NCBI GenBank assembly: GCA_041658625.1
Contig: JBAZZW010000001.1
Coordinates: 761,760 to 825,759, forward strand
Source: Actinomycetota bacterium
GTDB taxonomy: Bacteria; Actinomycetota; JAHEXW01
Length of the DNA stretch: 64,000 nucleotides
Direction of reading: 5' to 3'
A program made the translations under genes and the position numbers. Of the stretch, positions 18,694-27,631 are shown piece by piece; the stretch's first letter is position 1, and each line of letters begins with the position of its first letter. Under the pieces are notes generated by a model. It saw nothing but the letters and a program-made list of their open reading frames with translations. It ran no database searches and was not told the origin of the DNA.

Positions 18694-19380
18694 ATGGATA
18701 CTAGATGGAAATACTGGGCAATCTTATTTCTTCTTCTGCTTGCCGCAGGAATTGTAGCTGGCTGCGCAACAGGCGGGACCAATCCATCTTCCGATATAAC
18801 CAAGTTAGCTAAAAAAGAAGTCCGCGAGTACAAAGGCCAGCGGCTCTCGTCAATCACCGATTTCAGGGAAAACTCCATCAAAGGTCCCCAGATCGTCGAA
18901 CAGGCGTCGTACCGTCTGCGTGTGGACGGCCTTGTCAACAAACCCAAAACCTACACCTATAGCGATGTTATCGACAAGCACAAGAAATATTCGAAGGTCC
19001 TGACGCTGTCTTGTGTTGAAGGCTGGGATGTAACCATCCTATGGGAAGGCATCCTTGTGCGCGACCTCTTGAAGGAAGCCGGCGTTAAATCAAACGCGAA
19101 GATTGTCATCTTCCACGCGCGTGATGGTTATACAACCTCGTTCCCTGTGAGCTATCTGACGAAGAACGATATCCTCATGGCCTACAAAATGAACGGCGTC
19201 ACCCTGCCGGCCGAGCGCGGCTTCCCGTTTGAACTTGTCGCCGAGCAGAAGTGGGGCTACAAGTGGATCAAGTGGATTGAGCGCATCGAGCTCTCCGACA
19301 ACCTGAACTACAAAGGTTACTGGGAGAGCCGCGGCTATAGCAATACCGGCGACAAAGACAAAGCCTTCTTCGGCAACTAA
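18694..19380 (+). CDS. molybdopterin-dependent oxidoreductase (sulfite-oxidase/YedY-fold) lipoprotein
   Basis: Lipobox VAGC. LSCVEGWDVTILWEGILVRDLL and GFPFELVAEQKWGYKWIKWI are typical of the Mo-co oxidoreductase domain. Confidence 0.8.
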   Translation: MDTRWKYWAILFLLLLAAGIVAGCATGGTNPSSDITKLAKKEVREYKGQRLSSITDFRENSIKGPQIVEQASYRLRVDGLVNKPKTYTYSDVIDKHKKYSKVLTLSCVEGWDVTILWEGILVRDLLKEAGVKSNAKIVIFHARDGYTTSFPVSYLTKNDILMAYKMNGVTLPAERGFPFELVAEQKWGYKWIKWIERIELSDNLNYKGYWESRGYSNTGDKDKAFFGN

Positions 19381-19491
19381 AGCAAAATAGTTTGCCTCGC
19401 GGCGTACCATCGTTTCCCCGCCTCCATAATACACACAAACCACTAGATAAATACACCATAGTTTGCTATATTAGGTGTAGAGGTGAGCGAA

Positions 19492-19698
19492 ATGAGAACT
19501 AATATTGTTTTGGACGACGACCTAGTAAAAGAGGCGTTTAGACTTACAGACGCTAAGACAAAGCGGGAACTTGTTGACATGGCGTTACAGGAGCTTGTGG
19601 CGCGGCGGAAACAAAAGAACATCTTAAGATGGGCCGGAAAAATTAATTGGGAAGGCGATCTTGACGAGATGAGGAGAGACCGATTTGATTTTAGTTGA
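19492..19698 (+). CDS. vapB: type II antitoxin, VapB family
   Basis: MRTNIVLDDDLVKEA... N-terminus. Overlaps the downstream PIN gene. GTG at 19483 is an alternative start. Confidence 0.75.
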   Translation: MRTNIVLDDDLVKEAFRLTDAKTKRELVDMALQELVARRKQKNILRWAGKINWEGDLDEMRRDRFDFS

Positions 19699-20104
19699 CA
19701 CATCGGTGTGGATTGATTTCGTAAGGGGCACGAACACTGTAGCGGCGGCTGCCCTCCATACCCTGGTAGCAGACGGAACGCCGATTTGTATTGCGGATAT
19801 CAATGTTAACGAATTCATGCGGGGCGTTGTCGATGATAACGATTATTACGGTTTTCTTGAGGATATCTTGCGATTTCCCGTTCTCTCACCACAGGGTCTT
19901 GAAACCCATCTGGCCGCCGCTCAAATATATAGGGATTGCCGGCGGCAGGGTAAAACGATTAGAAATAGCGGCGACTGCTTAATTGCGGCGATTGCGATAG
20001 AAAACGATAAAACAGTTCTGCACAATGATGCCGACTTTGATCAGATTGCCTCTGTTGTTAAAGATCTCCGAATCGTTAAGCCCGAGGGCCTGATAGCCGG
20101 TTAA
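19685..20104 (+). CDS. vapC: type II toxin, PIN-domain ribonuclease VapC
   Basis: ILVDTSVWIDF N-terminal acidic motif and later D residues (CLIAAIA, HNDADF). 139 aa. Confidence 0.85.
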   Translation: MILVDTSVWIDFVRGTNTVAAAALHTLVADGTPICIADINVNEFMRGVVDDNDYYGFLEDILRFPVLSPQGLETHLAAAQIYRDCRRQGKTIRNSGDCLIAAIAIENDKTVLHNDADFDQIASVVKDLRIVKPEGLIAG

Positions 20105-20105
20105 T

Positions 20106-20498
20106 CTAATCTTCGATGATTTCCTTTTCTTTCCCGGTCCACCGGGCGTCGAGCAGGAATAAAACCCCGATTGAGCAGATGAAAAGCACGATTGGGCTTA
20201 TGGTCAATAGAAGCTGAATGAATTGCGCCGTCCCCGATCTGGCCATCGGACTTGTCAGCAGCATCAAGGCCAGAAGTCCCAGCGCCAAACCTATATATAA
20301 CCACCCGCCCATCTTCGGCCGCGTATGCGCAAGAATGGCCAAAGTGACGGCAATGGCCGCGAGAATGGCGTGCGCGACTCCCGACTGCCAGCCAAAGGCC
20401 GGGTCGAAGCCCTCCAGGATAAAAACCGATAGCATACCGGCGAGGAGAATGGCCAGGGTGCGGGCCACATAGTGGATAACTTTGGCAAGGGCTTTCAT
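20106..20498 (-). CDS. hypothetical integral membrane protein
   Basis: 130-aa ORF with about 4 hydrophobic helices. No family recognised. Confidence 0.5.
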   Translation of the reverse strand: MKALAKVIHYVARTLAILLAGMLSVFILEGFDPAFGWQSGVAHAILAAIAVTLAILAHTRPKMGGWLYIGLALGLLALMLLTSPMARSGTAQFIQLLLTISPIVLFICSIGVLFLLDARWTGKEKEIIED

Positions 20499-20523
20499 GC
20501 TTTTATGGTACTACCACTTGGCC

Positions 20524-20955
20524 TCATGTGGGCTTCTCCCGAGTCAAATAGTGCGCGGCGGCGACGACCGCCAGCAGGGCCGCCAGCGACAACGCCCCAT
20601 ATAATCCATCGCTCTTGAACTCGTACAGGACGATCTTCCGGCCAACAGCGACAAAAGCCGCCTCAATGACGGTGGGCATAACACGTTCGCCGGTAATATA
20701 CGCGAGGGTAATCCGGAATAGCTCGATGATGATAAAGACGATCAGGGCGATGTCTAGGAGCTTGATTAGTCTGTCATGGTCGAAGACAAAGCCTTCACCG
20801 AAGCTTGCGACCAGCGAGACAACTAGATAAGCGACGCCCAGGATGATAAGTATCAGCATGATGCCGGCGATAAGGACCTCGGCGACGACAACCGCGTCCT
20901 CGATAAACCGTGTATAGCGTTCCGCCCATCCCTGTAATCTAGCATGTCCTGTCAT
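20524..20955 (-). CDS. hypothetical integral membrane protein (possibly PsiE-like)
   Basis: 143-aa ORF with 4 hydrophobic helices. Family call is tentative. Confidence 0.5.
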   Translation of the reverse strand: MTGHARLQGWAERYTRFIEDAVVVAEVLIAGIMLILIILGVAYLVVSLVASFGEGFVFDHDRLIKLLDIALIVFIIIELFRITLAYITGERVMPTVIEAAFVAVGRKIVLYEFKSDGLYGALSLAALLAVVAAAHYLTREKPT

Positions 20956-21024
20956 GGCACTAGTATAACCGAAAGAGAATCATCTAGCGTTGACACCGGG
21001 CGTTGCCTGTAGTACAAAGGAACA

Positions 21025-21165
21025 AACCGAATATACTGTCCGGCGCAGGGAAGCCCGTGAAAATCGGGCACGGTCGCGCCACTGTGAACAGGAATGATAT
21101 TCCTAAAGTCAGACACCAAACCGGACAAGCCGTAATCAGCTGATCTTCGCGGATTAAAGAGGCTG
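21025..21165 (+). promoter_or_regulatory. cobalamin (B12) riboswitch
   Basis: Core cagGGAAGCCCGTGAAAATCGGGCACGGTCGCGCCACTGtgaa includes the B12 box GCCACTG at 21078-21084. Candidate promoter is ttgaca (20990), 17 nt spacer, tacaaa (21013). Confidence 0.75.
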
Positions 21166-21177
21166 TTTTTTGCTTTT

Positions 21178-21211
21178 TGAATCCCCCGTCGAGACGCTGG
21201 GGGATTTTTTG
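21178..21211 (+). terminator. intrinsic terminator (B12 riboswitch expression platform)
   Basis: Stem atccccc / gggggat, followed by TTTTTT. Lies between the aptamer and the ATG at 21251. Confidence 0.7.
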
Positions 21212-21250
21212 ATTGGGAGTGATGGAAGTGATGGTAGAGATGGGAGTGAC

Positions 21251-22579
21251 ATGATGAGGCGCTTGTTATTGTTTTTGGCAATAGTTGCTCTTTTGTTGGC
21301 GCAGTCCGTAGGTATAGCCGGGGGAGTTACGGTTACGCCGGCCGTGGACAACGCTTTGACCAATTTAGCCGGTCAGCAGCAGGCTGACGGCAGTTTCATC
21401 GGCTTCGACGGGACCATCAACGCGACGATCGGAGTCGTCTTGGCTGTCTCGGCGGCCGATCGCGACCCGCGTCTAATGAAGGCCGGCGGTTCGTCGCCTC
21501 TGGATTACTTGGCCACGCAAACGGCGTTGTTGGGCGACCCGTCGACCGCGTCGGCCAACACCGCCAAAATCGCCCAATTAATATTAGCCCTGACCAGCAT
21601 CGGAGAGGACCCTCATTCCTTCGGCGGTGTCGACTGGATCACTCTGCTCAACTCAACCTATGATCCGGTGGCCGGCAAGTACGGTTCGTTCTACATTCAT
21701 CATCCCTGGGCGATTCTTGCCCTGGCGTCCGCCGGCGAGTCGCTGCCGGCCGAGGCAGTCACCTACCTTACATCCAGCCAGGAAGATAGTGGCGCCTTCG
21801 CATTCAACGGCAAGGGTACCGGCGGCGACACCAATGCGACGGCACTTTGTCTCCAGGCTTTGGCCGCGGTCGGACAATCGTCGTCCTCGGCGGGCGTCCA
21901 GAACGCCATTGCCTATCTGCATACGCAACAGAATACGGACGGTGGCTTTCCCTGGGCCAACCCATCCGCCTGGGGAACCGATTCCGACTCTTGTTCAACG
22001 TCCTGGGTGATTCAAGGATTGGTCTCCGCGGGCGAAGATCCGGCCGGGTCCGCCTGGACGACCGGCGGGAATACACCCTTTACCTTCCTCTCAGGAATGC
22101 AGAATCCGAGCGGCGCCTTCGGATTGATGAAGAGCTGGTCGGCAGATGACTTAATGAGCACTTACCAGGCCGTGCCGGCGCTCCTTAGCCGTCCGTTTCC
22201 ATTCTATGCTGACCTGAGCGGCGATGCCCCGGCGGCTCAGCCGGGTCCTGGCAGTCCGGGAACATCGCCGTCGTCCTCATCCGACGCCGCTTCCGTTCAG
22301 TCTACCGGTTCGTCTCCGCAAGGCAGATCGTCAGGTTCCGGCAAGGCGAGCGCATCAGGGGCAGGAACCGGCGCTTCCACAATAACCGGACAAAATACGG
22401 CGTTGAACTCCACTTCTTCCGGCGACGGCAACGGTAAAGGCAATATAGCGGCAGGAGCCAAAGGAGTCAGCGACACTTTAAAGAAGCTTCTCTACGGTGT
22501 CTTTGGATTCCTCGGCGGATCGGCCGCGTTTCTGGCTATCGCTTTTATTACCCGAAAGATAGGATTGAACAGGTCATGA
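21251..22579 (+). CDS. secreted, C-terminally membrane-anchored protein with prenyltransferase/terpene-cyclase-like alpha-alpha toroid repeats
   Basis: Signal peptide MMRRLLLFLAIVALLLAQS. Repeated Q..DG(S/G)F motifs (QQADGSF, SQEDSGAF, QQNTDGGF, MQNPSGAF). Ser/Gly-rich linker and terminal TM helix. The start is moved from the tracked 21170, which overlaps the terminator. Confidence 0.6.
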   Translation: MMRRLLLFLAIVALLLAQSVGIAGGVTVTPAVDNALTNLAGQQQADGSFIGFDGTINATIGVVLAVSAADRDPRLMKAGGSSPLDYLATQTALLGDPSTASANTAKIAQLILALTSIGEDPHSFGGVDWITLLNSTYDPVAGKYGSFYIHHPWAILALASAGESLPAEAVTYLTSSQEDSGAFAFNGKGTGGDTNATALCLQALAAVGQSSSSAGVQNAIAYLHTQQNTDGGFPWANPSAWGTDSDSCSTSWVIQGLVSAGEDPAGSAWTTGGNTPFTFLSGMQNPSGAFGLMKSWSADDLMSTYQAVPALLSRPFPFYADLSGDAPAAQPGPGSPGTSPSSSSDAASVQSTGSSPQGRSSGSGKASASGAGTGASTITGQNTALNSTSSGDGNGKGNIAAGAKGVSDTLKKLLYGVFGFLGGSAAFLAIAFITRKIGLNRS

Positions 22580-23352
22580 ACAGACTCGGATTGAAAACAA
22601 TATTAGTGGCCGGCCTGCTGTGGCTGGCCGCAGGCCCGGCCGCGCTGGCCACGAACTACGCCGGATTGGTTGTCATGCACGGCGACGGCTCTGTAGCCGT
22701 CCGCTGCGTCGGCTTTGAAGGGGACAGCATCTCGGCCATAGGGCTCCTACAGGAATCTGGCTTGTCCACCGACCTGAGCAACTCGGCGCTGGGTACTGTC
22801 GTTTACGGCATTGACGGGGAAGGTTCGGCCGACGACTGGAACAGCGGTCAGTACTTCTGGTCATACTGGCACGGAAGCGGCGGCGGTTGGTCATATTCGC
22901 AGACCGGCGCCGGCGGCTACCGGGTTCACCCGGGCGACGTTGAGGGGTGGCAATGGATGTCGCAGAACGGCAGCAGGAGCTGCGGCCTGCCTTCCATGAC
23001 CTTCGATGATATTTACAGGTCGGTTTACGGCGACCCCCAGCCAACCACTGTGCCGACGGGAGCGGACACCGCCGCTTCGGCCAACGGCCAAGCTAACGGA
23101 GGCGGAACGACCGGCAATAGCGCGACCGGCAATAATAATGCCGCCAACGGGGCCGGTGTCTCCACGAATGGCGGCGCCGGAACCGGCTCGGCTAAAAAAC
23201 AGACTGGGGCGAAGCAAAACGCCACCGGAACCGCCAAGAAACCGGATTCCGGCGACGGCACGGCCAACTATGCGTTTTTTGGCTTCATCGTCGGCGGATT
23301 GGCAACAATGGCGGCTTATCAGGGGATTAGTAAGAAAAGACAAGAAAAATAA
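22576..23352 (+). CDS. DUF4430-like (transcobalamin beta-domain-like) secreted protein with C-terminal TM anchor
   Basis: Signal peptide. LVVMHGDGSVAVRCVGF...YWSYWHGSGGGWSYSQTGAGGYRVHPGDVEGWQW resembles DUF4430. Asn/Gly/Ala-rich linker plus a TM helix. ATGA overlap with the upstream gene. Confidence 0.6.
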   Translation: MNRLGLKTILVAGLLWLAAGPAALATNYAGLVVMHGDGSVAVRCVGFEGDSISAIGLLQESGLSTDLSNSALGTVVYGIDGEGSADDWNSGQYFWSYWHGSGGGWSYSQTGAGGYRVHPGDVEGWQWMSQNGSRSCGLPSMTFDDIYRSVYGDPQPTTVPTGADTAASANGQANGGGTTGNSATGNNNAANGAGVSTNGGAGTGSAKKQTGAKQNATGTAKKPDSGDGTANYAFFGFIVGGLATMAAYQGISKKRQEK

Positions 23353-23601
23353 AGTGACTCGCAGGCAGCCTGCCTGCTGCAGGCAGGCTCGCGGCCTACC
23401 ATCATTAGGGCTTTGGGGTCAGGCCCTTTCTTCTTATGCGATAGGGCCTGACCCCGTGTTTCAAGTCGCAACGCTTTCGCGAACAATGCTTTCCGCTCGA
23501 CAAGCGATTCGTCCGCATGCTCGACCCTAATATTCTTCGACCAAGCGTAGTGCGTGGAGAAGTTCCCTCTCCCCGTCGGGGAGAGGATTTAGGTGAGGGG
23601 G
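23352..23601. repeat. composite intergenic repeat, copy B
   Basis: Same element as 16383-16583, with an extra palindromic insert (gcaggcagcctgcctgctgcaggcaggc) and the aatattcttcgaccaagcgtagtgcgtggagaagttccctctcccc module. Starts at the stop codon of the upstream gene. Confidence 0.85.
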
Positions 23602-23670
23602 CCAATGTTATTTTTTCAAAATATTGTAATAAATGTTTCATTCTCTGAATTTTCGTTTTATACTACCTAT

Positions 23671-24078
23671 ATGGATACGTTGAAGGACCGCGAGAAGAAA
23701 GATCAAGAATTAAAGAAGCGGTTGACCGCGGAGCAGTACCGTGTTACGCAGGAGAAGGTCACCGAACCGCCTTACTCCAATAAGTACTGGGACTGTAACG
23801 ACGGGGGTGTTTACCAGTGCATTTGCTGTGGCGCTGAACTGTTTGATTCGGAAGCCAAGTACGATTCAGGCTGCGGCTGGCCGAGCTTTACCCACCCGGT
23901 TGAAGGCGCGCCCATCGAAGAGAGCACAGACACCTCCCTTGGCACGGTACGGACGGAAGTCACCTGCGGAAACTGCGGCGCGCACCTCGGGCATGTTTTT
24001 CCTGAAGAAGATAAGCCCAGCGGCTTCCGTTACTGCATCAACTCAGCCTCACTGAACCTCGAACAGAGAGATAAATAG
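23671..24078 (+). CDS. msrB: peptide-methionine (R)-S-oxide reductase
   Basis: CICCGAELF...GCGWPSF...CGNCGAHLGHVF...RYCINS is the MsrB zinc and catalytic pattern. ATG at 23671 lies inside the longer ORF. Confidence 0.9.
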   Translation: MDTLKDREKKDQELKKRLTAEQYRVTQEKVTEPPYSNKYWDCNDGGVYQCICCGAELFDSEAKYDSGCGWPSFTHPVEGAPIEESTDTSLGTVRTEVTCGNCGAHLGHVFPEEDKPSGFRYCINSASLNLEQRDK

Positions 24079-24326
24079 ACTCGCATGCAGCTCGCGGCCT
24101 ACCATCGTTAGTGCTTTGGGGTCAGGCCCTTTCTTCTTATGCGATAGGGCCTGACCCCGTGTTTCAAGTCGCAACGCCTTCGCGAACAATGCTCTCCGCT
24201 CGATCGACGATTTGCCTGCATACTCGACCCTAATATTCTTCGACCAAGCGTAGTGCGTGGAGAAGTTCCCTCTCCCCCGCGGCCTGTGAGCCAAGTTCTT
24301 TGGCGTAGGAGAGGTTCGGTGAGGGG
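24077..24326. repeat. composite intergenic repeat, copy C
   Basis: agactcgcatgcagctcgcggcctaccatcgttagtgctttggggtcaggccc... is near-identical to copies A and B. Overlaps the msrB stop codon. Confidence 0.85.
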
Positions 24327-24539
24327 GCTATCTCTCCATAGAGAAGAGAGAAAAATGACCCCTTTGTTTGAATGCCCCCACCCACACCTCAGTCTAGACT
24401 CACACAAAATAGCGCTCGACCTCTTTATGATAAACAAACGTTGGAAATATCCTTGGAATGAAAACACCACTAATGGATTAGACGTAAGAATATATGCTAT
24501 ACTAACAGCATAAAGGCGTAAGCATAGTAAATATAGGCG

Positions 24540-25697
24540 TTGGAAGAACAATTGGAAACGGAATTGGAAGAAGGGCGTGTGTCGAAAAATAATAATTGGG
24601 ATGTCAGGTTTGAAATAAAGTTGAACCTTAAGTCTCTCGAGGCCAGATTGGCGGCCATAGACGGGATGACTGAGACTTTAGAAGACCTGCCGCTGCCACC
24701 GGTTGCCCGGGCAAGGATGGAACGTCTAAACATAATCAGGGCTGTGCGCGGCACAACGGGCATCGAAGGCAACCGGATGACGGAGGATGAGGTCGCGTCG
24801 ATTGTCGATGGTTCCGGGGTGGCTTCGCAAAATGTTGATGAGCAGGAAAACATTAACGCCAGGGACGCGATGCGGTTTCTTAAGGAACAGAAGACGACTA
24901 AGACGCCCAAGGTTGATGAAATATTCATCAAAAAGGCTCACGCTATCACGACCCGGAATATCCGCAACGACCTGAACATTCCCGGAGAATACCGAAGGGA
25001 CTTCGTCTACGCGGGCATCTATGAGTTTCCCGACCCCAAGGCTGTTCCTGGACTGATGAAAGAATTCACGGCCTTTATCAACTCAAAGGATTGCGTCACC
25101 CTTCATCCCATCGTGAGGGCGGTTCTAGGCCACTTCTATTTTGTGAGCGTGCACCCTTTCGGAGACGGTAACGGCCGTGTTGCCAGGGCGGTCGAAGCGT
25201 TTCTGTTATATCATGGCGGATATGCCGCGGCCGGTTTTTATTCCCTCGCAAACTTTTATTACAAGAACAGAAAGGCATATATCAATGCGCTTGAAGACGC
25301 CAGATTAAAGTACGACGGTGATTTGACTAAGTTCGTTGAGTTCGCCTTAGACGGCTTCCTTATTGACCTTGCGGACTTGAACGCGCAAGGAGTCCCCTAT
25401 CTGAAAGTAATAAAATACTCCCAGTACGTTGATGCGCTTGTGGACTTAGGGGAGATCAGCCAGCGTCTGGCCGCCGTCTTGAAGGCGATTGCCAACACCG
25501 AAGAGGGGATAACGCCCCGAGAGTTCGTCGCCGCGATTCCGGATTGGGCGAAAAAGCTGTATCGCGGAAAAGGCGAGTGGACCTTGCGTGGCGACTTAAC
25601 TTTAATACGCCAAAGCGGTTTAATCAAAGAAACAGATGGTCGGATATACCCCAATCTAAGCGTTATTGAAACGCAAACCCAAAGGAGGCTTTCTTGA
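24540..25697 (+). CDS. Fic family protein (AMPylase-type)
   Basis: Fic motif HPFGDGNGRVARAV. N-terminal inhibitory-helix-like TTGIEGN. TTG start. Confidence 0.85.
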   Translation: MEEQLETELEEGRVSKNNNWDVRFEIKLNLKSLEARLAAIDGMTETLEDLPLPPVARARMERLNIIRAVRGTTGIEGNRMTEDEVASIVDGSGVASQNVDEQENINARDAMRFLKEQKTTKTPKVDEIFIKKAHAITTRNIRNDLNIPGEYRRDFVYAGIYEFPDPKAVPGLMKEFTAFINSKDCVTLHPIVRAVLGHFYFVSVHPFGDGNGRVARAVEAFLLYHGGYAAAGFYSLANFYYKNRKAYINALEDARLKYDGDLTKFVEFALDGFLIDLADLNAQGVPYLKVIKYSQYVDALVDLGEISQRLAAVLKAIANTEEGITPREFVAAIPDWAKKLYRGKGEWTLRGDLTLIRQSGLIKETDGRIYPNLSVIETQTQRRLS

Positions 25698-27106
25698 ATA
25701 AAACGCGGCGGATTCTAATAATAGCGGCGGCAGTTGTCGGAATCCTTCTAATCGCCGGAGGGGTGCTGGCCAAGGTCCTTGTTTACGACCGGACGGTAGA
25801 CGCGCCGACCGCGGCTGTGGCGATATCCGCCGACGATAGAGTCATGATCATCGCACCTCACCCCGACGACGAAACGCTGGGACCGGGGCTTTTGGCCAAA
25901 CAGGCCGTCAAGATCGGAGCCAAGGTCAAAGTGGTCATTGTTACGGAAGGCGACGCCGGGACGAACGCCGCGAAAGCGGAAAGCCTGAAGCTTAACCTGT
26001 CGCCGGCCGACTATCTTGAGCTGGGAAAAACCAGACATTTGGAGAGTCTGGCCGCTATGAAAGGCCTGGGCGTAACCGACCTGGTCTTTATGGGATTCGG
26101 CGACGGCAGCACGAATTCCCTGTGGCGCGCCAATTGGGACGACAATAATCCCCGTCTGGCCATGAACGGTAAAACCGCCGTGCCATACGATTTTGCTTAT
26201 TGTTTCGGCGAACTGTATTCGGGCAACAGCCTGGCCAAGAACCTTTCCGCCGTGGTAACCGACTTCAATCCGACAGTTATTTTCTACCCTACGCCCGAAG
26301 ACCTGCATCACGATCATTGGGCGGTCAACGCTTTCACCCAATATGTTCTAGCCGAGAACAACATGAAACCTCGGGAGTACACCTATCTGGTCCATCGCGG
26401 GATCCTCTGGCCCAGCCCGCCGCTCTACCGGCCGCAAAATGCTTTGCAGCCGCCCTCCGGTTTGGCTGAGATTGACGCCTCGTGGATCCGGTATAAGGTC
26501 GATGAGGCCGCGGCGGCGGATAAGCTTACGGCGGTCAACAAATATAGGAGTCAGACAAGGGTAAACGGCGTCTGGCTCAGGTCTTTCATCAGAACAAACG
26601 AACTCTTCGCGCTTTATCCGAGCCAAAAAACATCGCAAGCTTCAACGGTTCCGTCGTTCGAAGAGGGCAAGAAACTGCCCGGCCTCGTCATAAACGATTA
26701 CGAGTCGTTCGCGTTGTCTCAGCAGCTCGGCGGCAAAGGCGACATCAGCCGGTTCGCGTTCGCCTACGACAAGGATTTCGCCTTCGTGGCCGTGGAGTTT
26801 AAGAAACCGCAGGCCGCGGATGTCGTAACGATGATGAACATGAGGTTCTTCACCTCGTTAGGTGTGAACCGGTTGGACGTCAAGGTGTTGAACGGAGAAG
26901 CCAAGGCGGTGAAGGCGGCCGAGAACTCGGTAATGCCGATGGTTGAGCTGGTCAAGAACACCTCGGTGGTTGTCATCAAGGTCCCGGTAGCGGTTATGGG
27001 CGGGGCGAAGACGATGATGCTCAATGTGGATACGTTTAGGGACAATGAGAGTGAAGATAACTGGCTGGACCGCACAGTCTGGCGCCGGATAGAACTCTCA
27101 AACTAG
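25694..27106 (+). CDS. PIG-L/LmbE family deacetylase with N-terminal TM helix and an extra C-terminal domain
   Basis: IIAPHPDDETLG and LHHDHW motifs. 470 aa. 4-nt overlap with the Fic gene. Confidence 0.8.
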   Translation: MNKTRRILIIAAAVVGILLIAGGVLAKVLVYDRTVDAPTAAVAISADDRVMIIAPHPDDETLGPGLLAKQAVKIGAKVKVVIVTEGDAGTNAAKAESLKLNLSPADYLELGKTRHLESLAAMKGLGVTDLVFMGFGDGSTNSLWRANWDDNNPRLAMNGKTAVPYDFAYCFGELYSGNSLAKNLSAVVTDFNPTVIFYPTPEDLHHDHWAVNAFTQYVLAENNMKPREYTYLVHRGILWPSPPLYRPQNALQPPSGLAEIDASWIRYKVDEAAAADKLTAVNKYRSQTRVNGVWLRSFIRTNELFALYPSQKTSQASTVPSFEEGKKLPGLVINDYESFALSQQLGGKGDISRFAFAYDKDFAFVAVEFKKPQAADVVTMMNMRFFTSLGVNRLDVKVLNGEAKAVKAAENSVMPMVELVKNTSVVVIKVPVAVMGGAKTMMLNVDTFRDNESEDNWLDRTVWRRIELSN

Positions 27107-27300
27107 TGCGCGCGGGTCCTGTCATCGTTAGTGCTTTGGGGTCAGGACTCTCGCATAAGAAGAAAGTCCTGACCCCGGTTCGTATACGGCGAGCGAACCA
27201 TGCTCTCCGCTCGTTCTGTGACTTCCCTGCATGCTCGATCTTAAATATTCTTCGACTGAGCCCTTCGACTTCGCTCAGTCTAAACTCGCGGAAGCTGGCG
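27107..27300. repeat. composite intergenic repeat, diverged copy D
   Basis: catcgttagtgctttggggtcaggac...gtcctgaccccggtt...atgctctccgctcg...aatattcttcgac shares its modules with copies A-C. Begins 1 nt after the upstream stop. Confidence 0.6.
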
Positions 27301-27385
27301 CTCGAATTCTTAGGGCAGTCTTGTTTGCGGTAACTAGCCTTACGATGTATAATAAGGTAAGGTATATCACAAGGAGGTAAGGCTG

Positions 27386-27631
27386 ATGTTTACAGCGGTG
27401 GCGACAATATCATCAAAACGCCAGATAACAGTCCCCAAGAAACTATGGGAAGACTTAAAAGTTAAGACAGGAGACAAGTTGATCTTCACAAAACGGGGTG
27501 ACGAAATAGTCGTAAAATCCGTGAAAGGAACACCGGAAGAGATGATCAAGTATCTGGGACGGGATCTTAAAAAGGGTGCGGATGTAATGGCGATCCATTA
27601 CGAGTTTGAGGTGGACGACGAATACAGATGA
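27386..27631 (+). CDS. AbrB/MazE/SpoVT-family antitoxin
   Basis: ISSKRQITVPKKLWEDLKVKTGDKLIF looped-hinge-helix motif. ATGA overlap with the PIN gene. Confidence 0.8.
   Translation: MFTAVATISSKRQITVPKKLWEDLKVKTGDKLIFTKRGDEIVVKSVKGTPEEMIKYLGRDLKKGADVMAIHYEFEVDDEYR

Noticed and set aside
21170-21250. Tracked start of the surface protein at 21170.
   Set aside because: That stretch contains the riboswitch terminator hairpin and U-tract. The signal peptide begins at the ATG at 21251, with a GGGAG upstream.
22673-23530. Several 80-174 aa ORFs in alternate frames over the DUF4430 gene's linker and the following repeat.
   Set aside because: They are Arg/Pro/Ala-rich translations of a GC-rich low-complexity linker and of non-coding repeat copy B.
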